Below, in pieces: positions 1-11,447 of a stretch of DNA of 64,000 nucleotides. Numbering within the stretch: position 1 is the stretch's first letter; every line of letters begins with the position of its first letter. Below the pieces are notes generated by a model. It searched no databases and was not told where the DNA came from. It saw only the letters and a program-made list of their open reading frames with translations. Where the stretch lies: the NCBI GenBank assembly GCA_963693365.1, contig CAVNZM010000008.1:2046001-2110000 (forward strand). The letters are read 5' to 3'. The stretch comes from Amoebidium appalachense. Lineage: Eukaryota; Protista; Ichthyosporea. A program made the translations under genes and the position numbers.

Positions 1-251
1 ACTATTTTATTGGGTACCCGATAAACCCCACAGTCTTAAAACACCGAAACTAAGACCGAAGTAAGAAGCAAACCACCACCACCACCACCGCTGCCACCAC
101 CCTTTAGGCCCATCTCACACAGTTGTGTACCTCTCACCCCCTCCCCTTTCTACTCCTCCCCCCTCCCCTGCTCTCCCCTGTCCTCCCCCCTGCCCTCCCC
201 CTTTCCCCTCCCCCCCCCCCCCCCCCCCCCATCTCTCCCCCCGCCCCGCCC

Positions 252-297
<46 letters not shown>

Positions 298-366
298 ACA
301 AAAAAAAAAAAGAAAAGAAAAGAGAGAGAAAAAAGAAAGGAATGAGAAACAAATCGCGCTACCCAC

Positions 367-1711
367 CTTGTCAGCAGGGATGCTCTTTGCCAAGTCGATG
401 AATTTCAGCAAAAGCCCCCATCCTCCTCAGCTCTGCACCCCTACGGTCACCAACCCACTCTGACAGCCACCCACACACATACATCCTCACGCAAGCAGAG
501 AGACTACGTGCACAACACACAATTCTACTCGGCAAGCCCAACGCTGGGGGGAGAGGGGGGGGGGGGGGGGGGGGGGGAGGGTGAGTGGGTGGGTGTGTGT
601 GTGTGTGTGTGTGTGGGGGGGGGGGGGGGGAAGGGGGGGATGGTGGCGGGTGGGCTGCGCCAGAAAGGGGGGGGGGGGGGGGGGGGGAAGGGGGGGGAAG
701 GAGGGGAGGTGGAGAGGTGGGGAGAAGGGGGGACCGAACGTTACGACCACACGCTCACTCCCAAACATGTGTGGCTCAACATGTACACCCTGAATGCAAA
801 TGCATGCACATGTTCAATACACAGACCAAAACCCAGAAACATTCACTGGCTTTAGACAGCCCCACACTCATCACAATCAACACAGTACAATCTGCAAAGA
901 GCACATCAACAACCACGATAATACACAGCCAGGACTGCATACCACCACCAAAAGGCCAAACAGGGTGAAATACCGGGACAAACCACAAATAGTGGGCAGA
1001 CGTGTGTGTGTGTGGTTGGGGAGGAAGGGGGGGGGGGGGGGGGGGGGGGGGGAAGGGGGGGGATGAGGGGAGGGAGGGGAGGGATGAAGGGGTAAGAGTT
1101 CAATGTGGTGGTGGTGGTCGGGAGAGATCGAAAAGGATAGGAGGGGAAATAATGGTGAAGGGGAGGGAGGGGGGGGGGGGGGGGGGGGAGGGGCCGGGGG
1201 ATGGGGGAAGGGGGGGTTCTATGGGCACACAAGAAATTCGGCACGTACAGGTCTAGGCCGGCAGGAAACAGCAGGTGGGCATTGTCCACAAATAGGATTG
1301 AGGGCCGGCACCGCCCTGCCCTCTGGAATAGTTTGCACAGCCCAGCGTCCTTGGGCCCCCCCTGGGGTTTAAATTTCATGTGAGCCCATGTGGGGTTGGG
1401 GGTTTCCGAACATATGTTTAAGGGTGTATGAAGATGACATGATAATCCGTCACCTGGTGTGATCAGATTGTCCAAAAAGAGCAAAAGAATGCATAAAGAG
1501 GTGGGATTTCTTTCTTTCTTTCTTTCTTTTTTTGTGGGCAGGGGTGTGTGTGTGTGTGAGGGGGGGGGGGGGGGGGGGGGGTCGCAATCCACAGGGTAGG
1601 TTGTCGTTGATGGAGCACCTGCTTGAGAGCTTCGTGGCTGTCGAGGGAGAGGGGGGGGGGGGGGGATTTGGGGGGGGGGGGGGAGGGGGGGGGGAAAGAA
1701 GGGCGGGCGGG

Positions 1712-1743
<32 letters not shown>

Positions 1744-2495
1744 AGGGCACCTACTTGGTCCAAGTCCAAAATCAGAGGGTCGAGATGGAAGACGGATGCC
1801 CCAAACTCGGATGCAAGCAGTTCGATAGCAGTGGTTTTGCCTGGGGGAAAGAAGAAAAAAAGTCAACGTTGATGATAGTAATGAGTTCAAGCGCCCGAGG
1901 AGGAGGAGGAGGAGGGGGGGGGGGGGGGGGGGGGGGGGGGAGGGGAGGGGGGGGGGGGGGGGGGGAGGGGGGAGGGGGGGGGGGGGGGGGGGAGGGGGGG
2001 AGGGAGGGACAGGAAAAAGTAAAATCTGTGCTTGCTCTCAATTCCTCTCCTCAATTATATATTTTTTTTTGGGAGTGTGTATTCATGTGTTTTTTATTTT
2101 TTATTTTATTTTATTTTATTTTTTTGGGGGGAGGGGGGGGAACCTGTGCTTGCCTTAATTTCTCTTTCTCCTTATTGTTTTTTGTGCGTGTGTGTGTGTA
2201 TCCATGTGGGGTTGATTGGGGGAGGAAGAGAGGGGAGGGGGGGGGGAGGAGGGGGGGGGGGGGGAGGGGGGGGGGGGGGGGCAAACCTGTGCCTTGAGGG
2301 CCATTGACCAGAATCAACTTTGGGGGTGCCACCCCCTTACGTAAGCACAGGCCAAAGTCTACAAGGCCCAGCCTCATAATGTCTCTTAGTTGGTGGTAGT
2401 CAAGGGCATACGTGGAGAGGGTCTGTAGGGGAATAGTTAAATGGTTACAACCCTGCTCCCTCGCCTCTTCCGTTGAGAGCCCAAAGCACCAAGGA

Positions 2496-2580
<85 letters not shown>

Positions 2581-2868
2581 GAGGTATGTGTGCAAAAGAG
2601 AGGGTGGGAAACTTGAAGACACAGGCACTCAAACAACAAATCAGAACAAACGAGTCCGAAACCAAACAAATGCGCAGGCAGGAGGCTTGAACGAACATGC
2701 GAATTTGAATGAGAATGACCGATGGAAAGAAGGGAAAAACATCTACGTGCCTCCTGTTCCAAACGTATTTCTTCAAAGCATTGCACACAATCGAATAAGA
2801 GCTACTGTCCAACCTCCTCCTCACCCGTCCCTCTCCCCCCCAAAAGTAAACGATTTGCAAACCCCCCC

Positions 2869-2899
<31 letters not shown>

Positions 2900-3744
2900 C
2901 ACCACCACAAACACACACACACATCTTTTAAAGAAAAAGAAAGGGAAAAAACACCCCATCTCACCACCCCCTTCCATCTATCTCGCAGAAAGGTCACAGA
3001 TAATCACGTTCAAGTTTCAAAGAATGATATAACAGGTGATTTCCCCAATCCATCCCCACACCACCCCTCTCCCCCCCCCCCTCTCCTTCCCCTCAGCCCC
3101 CCCCCCCCCCCCCCCCCCCTTCCCCTCCCCTCAGCCCCATCCCACCATCATCACCCACCCACCTTCTCTATGCCCATGTTCACATCATCTGCTGGTGGTG
3201 GGTCTGCAGACACAACCACATCTGTACGTTCATCCACCCAGCCCCATCCCTCCAGACCTGCACACACCAACATGTTAACAAAGAAGAGCCCGTTTCTTCT
3301 TGTCCTGGCTCCCACCTCCATATCTATTCTCCTCCCCCTTCCCCCCTTCCCCCTCCCCTCAGCTGCTGTTGCTGCTGCAAAAAAAGAGGAAAATTTAAAA
3401 AAAAGAAAAAGTAGAAAATAACCCCCCCCCCCCCCCCCCCCCCGCGCACAAACACCGTTCTTCCCTGCCCCCTTCTCTCTTCCCAGCCCTCAACTCTGTA
3501 CCTGCCCACCGGGCCCTTGTCGGCTGCCACCCTCCCCCCCCCTCTCTCCCCCCCTCCCCCCCTCCCCCCCCAATCTTCACCGCACCTCCCCATCTACCTC
3601 CTACTCATATGCCACATATATTCACAAATATCAGTCCATCCCAACCGTTACATGACGATAAAAAGAATGCACAAGCGTGGCAGAAAAAAAAAAAAACAAG
3701 CCAGCACCACACGCGGCTAAAAGAAAATATGGAAGAACTTTTTT

Positions 3745-3793
<49 letters not shown>

Positions 3794-4439
3794 GTCAACA
3801 CATGTGTGTCCGAGCTTGTGCGTGCGGGCACATGTGCATAGTTGCTTGTGTAGGTGTTTTCTCTACTCCCCGGGGAGTCCCGGGATGTGAGAATGAAATG
3901 GGGTGGGTAAGCGGGCCGGCACGCACGTGAGGGGGGGGGGAGGGGGGGGGGGGGGGGCAGGGGGGTTGTTCACCAATTCCAGCAGGTTGGGAGTGTGTCC
4001 CTGTGATAGCAAGTTTCGGCCAACAGACAAACGGAACAGACGTTCCATCTCTCAGCTGCAGACACACAACACTGCCCCGGCACAGTGTACGGTAGAGGAG
4101 GTGGGACTTGACAAAGCGGTCGGGAGGTAGAAGGTGCTCGTTGGTGCTGGTGTGGCCTGTGCGTGTAATTGATTGGTTTAAAGTCATCCGGTGTATGGTA
4201 TTGGTGGATTGCAGTGTGATACTTCTGTCTGTGACAAGATGCATTTACTGGCCCTTCCATCAATCCCTCGCCCCTTCTTCCAGCCCCCTCACCTCTCATC
4301 CCCTCGTTCCCTTCACTCTTTTGGTTCATCAAGGGAGAACATAAACACCCTGCCCCCCCCCCCCCGCCCCCCCCCCCCCCACACACACACCTCTTTTTCT
4401 CAATACATGTATGTAGACACACACACACAAACACACACA

Positions 4440-4489
<50 letters not shown>

Positions 4490-4501
4490 TACACACACAC
4501 A

Positions 4502-4548
<47 letters not shown>

Positions 4549-4648
4549 TGAAACAAGCACACCCACTTATAACAAATCCAACTTCTTTGCTCGTGTTTCA
4601 TCCTCCAGCACTTGAACTCCAGACTGCTGCTGCCCCGGCTCCACTTCC

Positions 4649-4691
<43 letters not shown>

Positions 4692-5380
4692 CCCATACAA
4701 AAAATAAACTAAAAATAAGTACATAAATAGAAAATGAAATAATAAACCGAAAAAAAAAAAGAAAATCTCAAAAATCGTGTATCTTACCATGGTTCTTGGG
4801 CTTTTCTCCCTGTAGATGCACCACCACCACATCCCACACCGGCAGTCTATATGCCCCGGTCACCACCTCCACCCACACCCTATCACCCTTCTTGACACCC
4901 AAAGTCTCCCTATCAGCGCTATCCAACTCAATGTATAGACTTTGAGTGGATGGTGATGCTTCATTCAGTGTGGGTGTAGGTTGCTTTGCCCTTTGTTGTT
5001 GTTTTGCCAGCCAGTCTTGTGCAAATCTTGCGTTGTTCTGTTTGGGGTCTTGGGCCGGCTCGACCGCGCGAACAAGAATGGATTTTTCTGCATGCTGCAA
5101 GGGGTGACGCGTGTGAGTGTTTTTTAATAAAAGAGGGGAGGGTGTGTGTGTCTGTGTGTATGTGATATAGAGAAATGAAAAGGGCACGGGGGGAGGGAGG
5201 GGAAGGGTGGGGGGGGCAAGGGGGATCTCACTTTGGTGTCTGGAATTTAATCCAAAAATATTCGTTTACTTTTTTCGGTATTTTAAATTTGATGTAATGT
5301 GATTGTGTTTGGTATACCCGGAAGCTTTTAAAAAACACAAAATTCCCACCGAATATTGTGCTTTATCTCTACCATGTTTG

Positions 5381-5451
<71 letters not shown>

Positions 5452-6473
5452 TGCGTGTGCGTGTGCGTGTGCGTGTGCGTGTGCGTGTGCGTGTGCGTGT
5501 GCGTGTGCGTGTGCGTGTGCGTGTGCGCGCGCGCGCGTGCGTGCGTGTGTGTTACGTGTGTGTCCTTGTGTGTGTGCTTGCGTGTGTGCGTGTGTGTGCC
5601 TGTGTGTGTGTGCGCGCGCACGCCCGCAAGTGTGTGTGCGCGCGCACGCCCGCAAGTGTGTGTGCCTGTGCCTGTGCCTGTGCCTGCGCGTGTATGCGTG
5701 TGCCTGTGCGTGGGTGTTTGTGTGCAAAAATGCGGGATACTAGACATCAAAAAAAAGGAGGGGGGGGGGGGGGGGGGGGGGGGGTCTGTGTGTGTACGCG
5801 TTGTGGGGAGACACCATGCGTGTTTGTGTGTGTGCGTTTGTGCGGTCATTTGTGGGCGTGCATAGGCCAGGTGCAGTTTTCGGTAGAACTCCCAAGCATG
5901 CAAGTGTTCTTTCCCGGTGTTTGCGTATACGCATGATGTTTGCTTTGCTTGCATCACGAGAAATTGCTCATGTTCCCAGTAACAAAACCCATGTGCACAC
6001 CAGAAGGGGTCCTATAGCACGTGTGTCCTTTTACCTCAGCACTAACAGGACGAGATATCAGCCCCCCCCCCCCCCCCCCCCCCTCCCCCGCCCGCCCGAC
6101 CGCACCCCCGCCCGCCCATCCACTCACCCCTCCCATGTCGTTTCAGTCCCAGTGTCTGGTGATCCAGAGTGCGAGGTCGGCACGTCATGTGATAGGGTTT
6201 TGCCCGAAACTGACTCTTACATGCGGATGCACGATGAGAGTAGAGGGTAAGGAGGGCAAGGAGAACGGCAAGAGGGTGCGTGTGTGGGTGGGTGTGTGTG
6301 GGTGGGTGTGTGTGTTGGGCCCAGGGGGGAGGGGAAGGGGGAGGGTTGAGTACCTGAATGCGCAGGCAGGCAAGCAGGTGTGTGCTCAGCAGGGGCCACA
6401 GCTGTGCGGGCAGCACACACAGGCCCCGGTTGGCCAGGCTATCCTCGCCAAGCTCAGCCACCGCGACCTCCAT
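367..6473 (-). CDS. Divergent CDC48/VCP/AFG2-like AAA+ ATPase, 5' part (N domain and D1), multi-exon; continues beyond the left edge
   Basis: Phase-consistent GT-AG exons 6473-6354, 5094-4788, 4156-3974, 3257-3163, 2422-2287, 1840-1755, 1361-1249 and probably 432-367. They translate to MEVAVAELGEDSLANRGLCVLPAQLW..IELDSADRETLGVKKGDRVWVEVV (CDC48-N-like barrel)..FVKSHLLYRTLCRGSVV..QLRDIMRLGLVDFGLCLRKGVAPPKLILVNGPQGTGKT (Walker A split by an intron)..LFQRAGRCRPSILFVDN (degenerate Walker B). The last exon needs one extra G in a G5 run to stay in frame. Confidence 0.75.
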
Positions 6474-6704
6474 ACTCCTGCCGGCCTGCGGCCATGCGTG
6501 TTGTTCTGCCTATAGCTTGGGGATATTCAGAACGTTAGCTGCACTCTCGAGCTCGAGCTGCAAGGCCCTTTGCAAGTGTCGCCCAGTCACCGCCGGCGCC
6601 GACTGTGTCGAACAATGACAAGGTTTGCGCAAACACCTATATAAAAACCCTCACCTACATATGGCAAAAGCGCGAAATGATTTATCTGACGGTCCCCTGG
6701 CCAG

Positions 6705-7468
6705 CAGGGTTCGAAGGACGGTAGAGCCCATTAACGGAAGTCGAAATCCCGTTTCGGAAAACCACTTCGAAAATCGGAATGCTCCGTCAAAGCAGGTCCA
6801 CCAAAAATCGTAATCGTCGCGCATCAGTAAACTAGGGCATGCTTATTTGTGCCTATATTGCATCAAAATGTTATTATAATGCATACTCAAAAACCCCTGT
6901 GGTTATTAGAGGCCTTCCTGGTGTTGGAAGTTGAAGCTTTGAAGGAATAAAAGGGAAATATGAAGTGCATTAATGCACAATATATATATATATATATATA
7001 TACATTTTTTCTACGTATATACGTACGGTCACGTCCTCTTACACATATGTGCGGCAGTGCCAGTGTATATGAGGATATATACTATGTGTGCATATGTATC
7101 TAGTTCCTGTGTGTGTCACTGTGTCCGTGGCCTTATTTTTTCCCAGTGCACGCATTTTCTTTTAATTGATGAACATGATCATGAATATTCATGTTACTAG
7201 TAGAGGTATTACGCAATTTGTGCCTTCCCCGATTCGGATTGGGTCCCTGAAGGGGGGGGGGGGGGGGGGGGGGGGGGATCACGGTGGGTGGTTGTGTTTG
7301 TGTTTGTGTGTGTGTGAATATTTTTCTTTGCAATTGTGTGTGTGTGTGTGGTGGGTATGTATGCACGGTGTGTGTGTCTGTGTGTATGCGTACAGGTGTG
7401 GGTGTGTGTATTTGTGTCAGCGGTAATCGGTGTGTGTGTGTCTATGTTGTGTGCATGTGTGCACATGT

Positions 7469-7504
<36 letters not shown>

Positions 7505-7706
7505 ATGACATTGTGTGCATGCCGTGTGTGTGTGTTTTGTGTCAACGGTTATGGTGTGCGTGTATGTATGTCCAGTGCCAGTGTATGTATATATGTGTGT
7601 GTGTGTGCAGTGTGATGTGTATGTATGCAGGGTGTGTGTGTCTGTGTATGTGTGTGTACATGCCAGTGTGGGTGTGTGTGTTTGTACCAACGGTTTCTTG
7701 ACAATG

Positions 7707-7740
<34 letters not shown>

Positions 7741-7796
7741 CCACGGGGTGTGTGTGCGTGCGCCGTGTACATGGTGCCAGTGTGTGTGTGCGGTGT

Positions 7797-7855
<59 letters not shown>

Positions 7856-8697
7856 GGTGCATAGCATGTGATTGTACAGGGTGGATGCATGTGCATGTTT
7901 GTAATACAGTTATCATGCATGATCTGAGATAGTATGTGCCTGTGCACGTGTACTAGCCTAGGTCACATGTGTGGTGTCACGGCTGTGCATGTATGTGCAT
8001 GTGTGTCTTTAAACGGAACACAGTGGTGCACAGTATGTGTATTGCCTGCCATTTAAGACGCGTGCCACTGATCGTGATACACGTGGCATCTGCACCTGGT
8101 GGCCGTCGACTCTGAGCATCTAGATACATTCCATGTTTAGGCCTTCCTGGGGAGGAAGGGGGGGGGGGGGGGGGGGGGGAGTACTAGTAGGTGGGGGGCC
8201 GGGGGGGGGGGGGGAGGATTTGTTTGAGGGGGGGGGGGGGGGGGAGGGGTGAGGCCGAGCAGCGGTGGGGGAGAAGGAGGGGCAGCACTGGTGGAGGGAA
8301 CGGTGGGCAGCGGAGGAGGGGGGAATGGGGTTCGATTTCTGGGGGGGGGAAGTTTTGAAGTGGAGGCCGGCCTATATATACATGCGCATGCAGGCATATG
8401 CATTGTATGTTCATGTGGCCATGCATGGCTATGATGCATATATGGTGTCACGGCTGTGTGTGTGTGAATGTTTGTGTGTGTGTACACATGTCTGTGTGTG
8501 TGTGTGTGCGTGTGCGCGTGGGTGTGCATAAATGTGTTTGGCGTGACAACATGTACATGTGCTAGGCTGGCGCTGTAGTCAGGGTCTGCCATTGAACATT
8601 CTACATGGACAGGGAGACACGTACGTACGTGTGCAACTTGTGTGGGTGGTGTAGGCCCCGTGTATGATGAGACCTGCGAAGTCATGAGAAGCTTCCC

Positions 8698-8742
<45 letters not shown>

Positions 8743-8836
8743 CTCTCGGGCGGTTCCGATTCGGCCGGGACGATTTTCGGAACTGTGTTTTCAAATATCG
8801 GAAATTCCGATTTTTTTTTCGTAACTTCGAACCCTG
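6705..8836. mobile_element. Non-autonomous hAT-type DNA transposon (2132 bp)
   Basis: Perfect 12-bp TIRs CAGGGTTCGAAG (6705-6716) and CTTCGAACCCTG (8825-8836); 8-bp TSD CTGGCCAG (6697-6704 and 8837-8844); subterminal TCGGAA/TTCCGA motifs at both ends; no transposase ORF, interior mostly (GT)n and poly-G. Confidence 0.8.
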
Positions 8837-9547
8837 CTGGCCAGTTGGGGCCAGCGCTGAGCGGACTCGGAGCAAAACAACACCCACGTGCACAGTCACC
8901 TCACTGATCATGACCTTACTGACAGCTGCACTGCACCTATGGTGCCAGTGCACCTCGACACACAAACGTGACTGTTTTGCTATGCTCTTCACCATGTTGC
9001 TTTTTTCACCATGAACGTGGCAAGTTGAATTGCACATGTACATGCCATGTATGTCTCTCATGATCAGCCCCGAACTACAAATTATACTTGTATGCAGTGG
9101 CCTAGAAGCAGTGGCCCTTATGCCCGCCCGAGAGAACCAACCCGCTACTTGTATCTGGCGATATCGATGGAAGAGTCGGCATCCCTGAGCATGCACATAT
9201 GCCAGTGCCCGGCAGCCTGATGTCTGTGCGCGCTCAGCAGTCATCTGGCGCGCTATGGTTTGCCATGACATCATAGCCTAATGATGAATAGTGGGGTCCG
9301 AAGGCTGGAGCGTTGTGTTTCCTTTGAGCCGCACATCCCGGAGTGACGCTGTGTTTCCTTTCAGCTCCACATACCGGAGTGACCATAACCATATTATTTT
9401 CTTCCGTGTGTGTGAGTTCCACAAGTTGCGATTACAAAAAGCACCTCAGTGAGCCGTGACCACCTGACCACACGTGCACATGTGTCCCTCAGTCTCAGAT
9501 CAGAAGAATGTGGCAAATCTTCATATCTCATGGTAATGAGACCAGTG

Positions 9548-9658
9548 ATTGGTTGCCTATTTCCGTCTGCGTTTTATTGGCTAGATCTTAGCCAATAAGC
9601 AATCCGACTAACTCAGTAGCCAATCATATTTGGCCAATAGATTCGATGAAGATATTGG
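9548..9658. promoter_or_regulatory. CCAAT-box cluster, candidate promoter between the divergently oriented AAA and GATA genes
   Basis: Six CCAAT/ATTGG motifs in ~110 bp (gattgg, tattgg, agccaata, agccaatc, ggccaata, tattgg) in microsatellite-free sequence. Confidence 0.4.
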
Positions 9659-11447
9659 AAAGATCTGTAGGCTGTGGCTCAGTCACTCGTTCTGTATTAC
9701 CCTAAATGTTTTCGACAAACAAAAGTACCTAATACCACACGTAGAGAATGTACTGTTTCAGGTCATCGCAACATGTATGTGTTTCTAACGTTTTGTACGA
9801 GCACCTGTCTCTGTCGAATGTTAATTGGTTTAAATATCGGTTTGTGTAGTAAAAACCTACCGTTCATTCGCCTTGCGTCAATATAGCCGGCTTTGGCAAA
9901 ATTCTTTTAGAGGAGTGAAAAAAGCAGCTTACTTGGGAAGTTAGAATCATTACTTCGTCACAATGTGCACCACGGAATCGAGTTTCATGTGACACAAGTT
10001 TCGTAATGCTAAAACCATATCTTTCGCATGCATGAGCTGCATGCAAATACTGCATGTGCACATGTGAGCTTTTGTAATGAACTCTTGCTGTTCACTAATA
10101 AGCCAGTGTGTGTGCACCGGCCGCCGGTTGCTTTAGTGTGAAATCCCGAGTCCCCATTGGACGAGATACATTGCTAACACAACGAGCATCAAAGCTAGAT
10201 AACGTTTGTGCCCCGAGAGAATACACAGCACCCGCGGGTACTCTGGGGCTCGTTTTCTAACTGACCACAATCAGACTCATTCATGTACTGTATGTGATGT
10301 CCCAACAATCGTTCAGCTACTGTACCGTGACAAGCTTTTTATGCACGTCCCAAGTCAACTCCTCTTCAGCCAGACTGCCAGTGTGTATGCGTATGCCTTT
10401 TTATGGTTCAGGGACTCTAGCTAGAGACGTCAGGCCAATTTGTCTGCTGCAGCAGTGCTTCGTTTTTTCACGTATTATATGTGTCTTCTTTTCCGCTGCC
10501 CACTCGACTCAGTCACTTTACTGATTTTGTACTTTATAAATACTTTGACGTAAATCGACCCAGATCCAATTTGATCGGTTTACACGTTGGTGATTTGTAC
10601 TGCAAATGCTGTTAGGCCTCATGACATTAATAAATAAATATTGTACGGCATGTTGCAATTGCAGTACCATCTTAGTCTGGCGTTTTTCTACTGCTGCATC
10701 GATACATGCATCACTGTACCATCCATTGCCGTCATGGTAGACATATCTGCGGGCCCGATGAATGACCACGAGCACGGCATTAAAATGAAGTAGGTACGTC
10801 AAGAAGCTCCATTGACCCAAGTCTTTACTTTCCTTCTTTGAAGTTTGGTGATGTGACGTAAAACAGTCGTCATGTGCAATTGTTTTTCGATGACCTGCTT
10901 TGGACTTTTGCAGACACCATGAAGTGATTTGGACAGTTCTCGGACTGAATCGTTAAAGTTGCGAAAGTGAAATAACTTACAGCAAACCCTTAATATGGAA
11001 AGGCCTACTAGATTGCAAATAGGTGGATACTATTTGTTATTTGTACAGCGCTAGCATATACAATTTAGTTGATTAGGCTGCATCGGAGCTTGGATTCTCT
11101 GGGAAACGTAAGCTTTGCGACTTTCAAAGAATTGTTTTTCTTCCAGTCTAGGGGCGAGCATTATGTGTACCCGGACACGGTGTCATGACGATATACGTAT
11201 GGGCTGAATATTGATCACCCTCGCTTCTGCAGGGCATAGTTTAGCGACAACACCACCAATCAACATTGCCACTGTCCAGCAGCATGCACTTGCACGAAGT
11301 AGGAAGGAGAGAGCAGCAGCGGGGCATTGCGATGTATACACAAAGAAACGCTTCCTCCCGCCGCCAACCAAACTAATCTCACCAGCTCAGGTGAAATCGT
11401 GAACCACTACTTTTGTTCTGTTTTTTGGTATTTTTTGCAGTTGTAAA

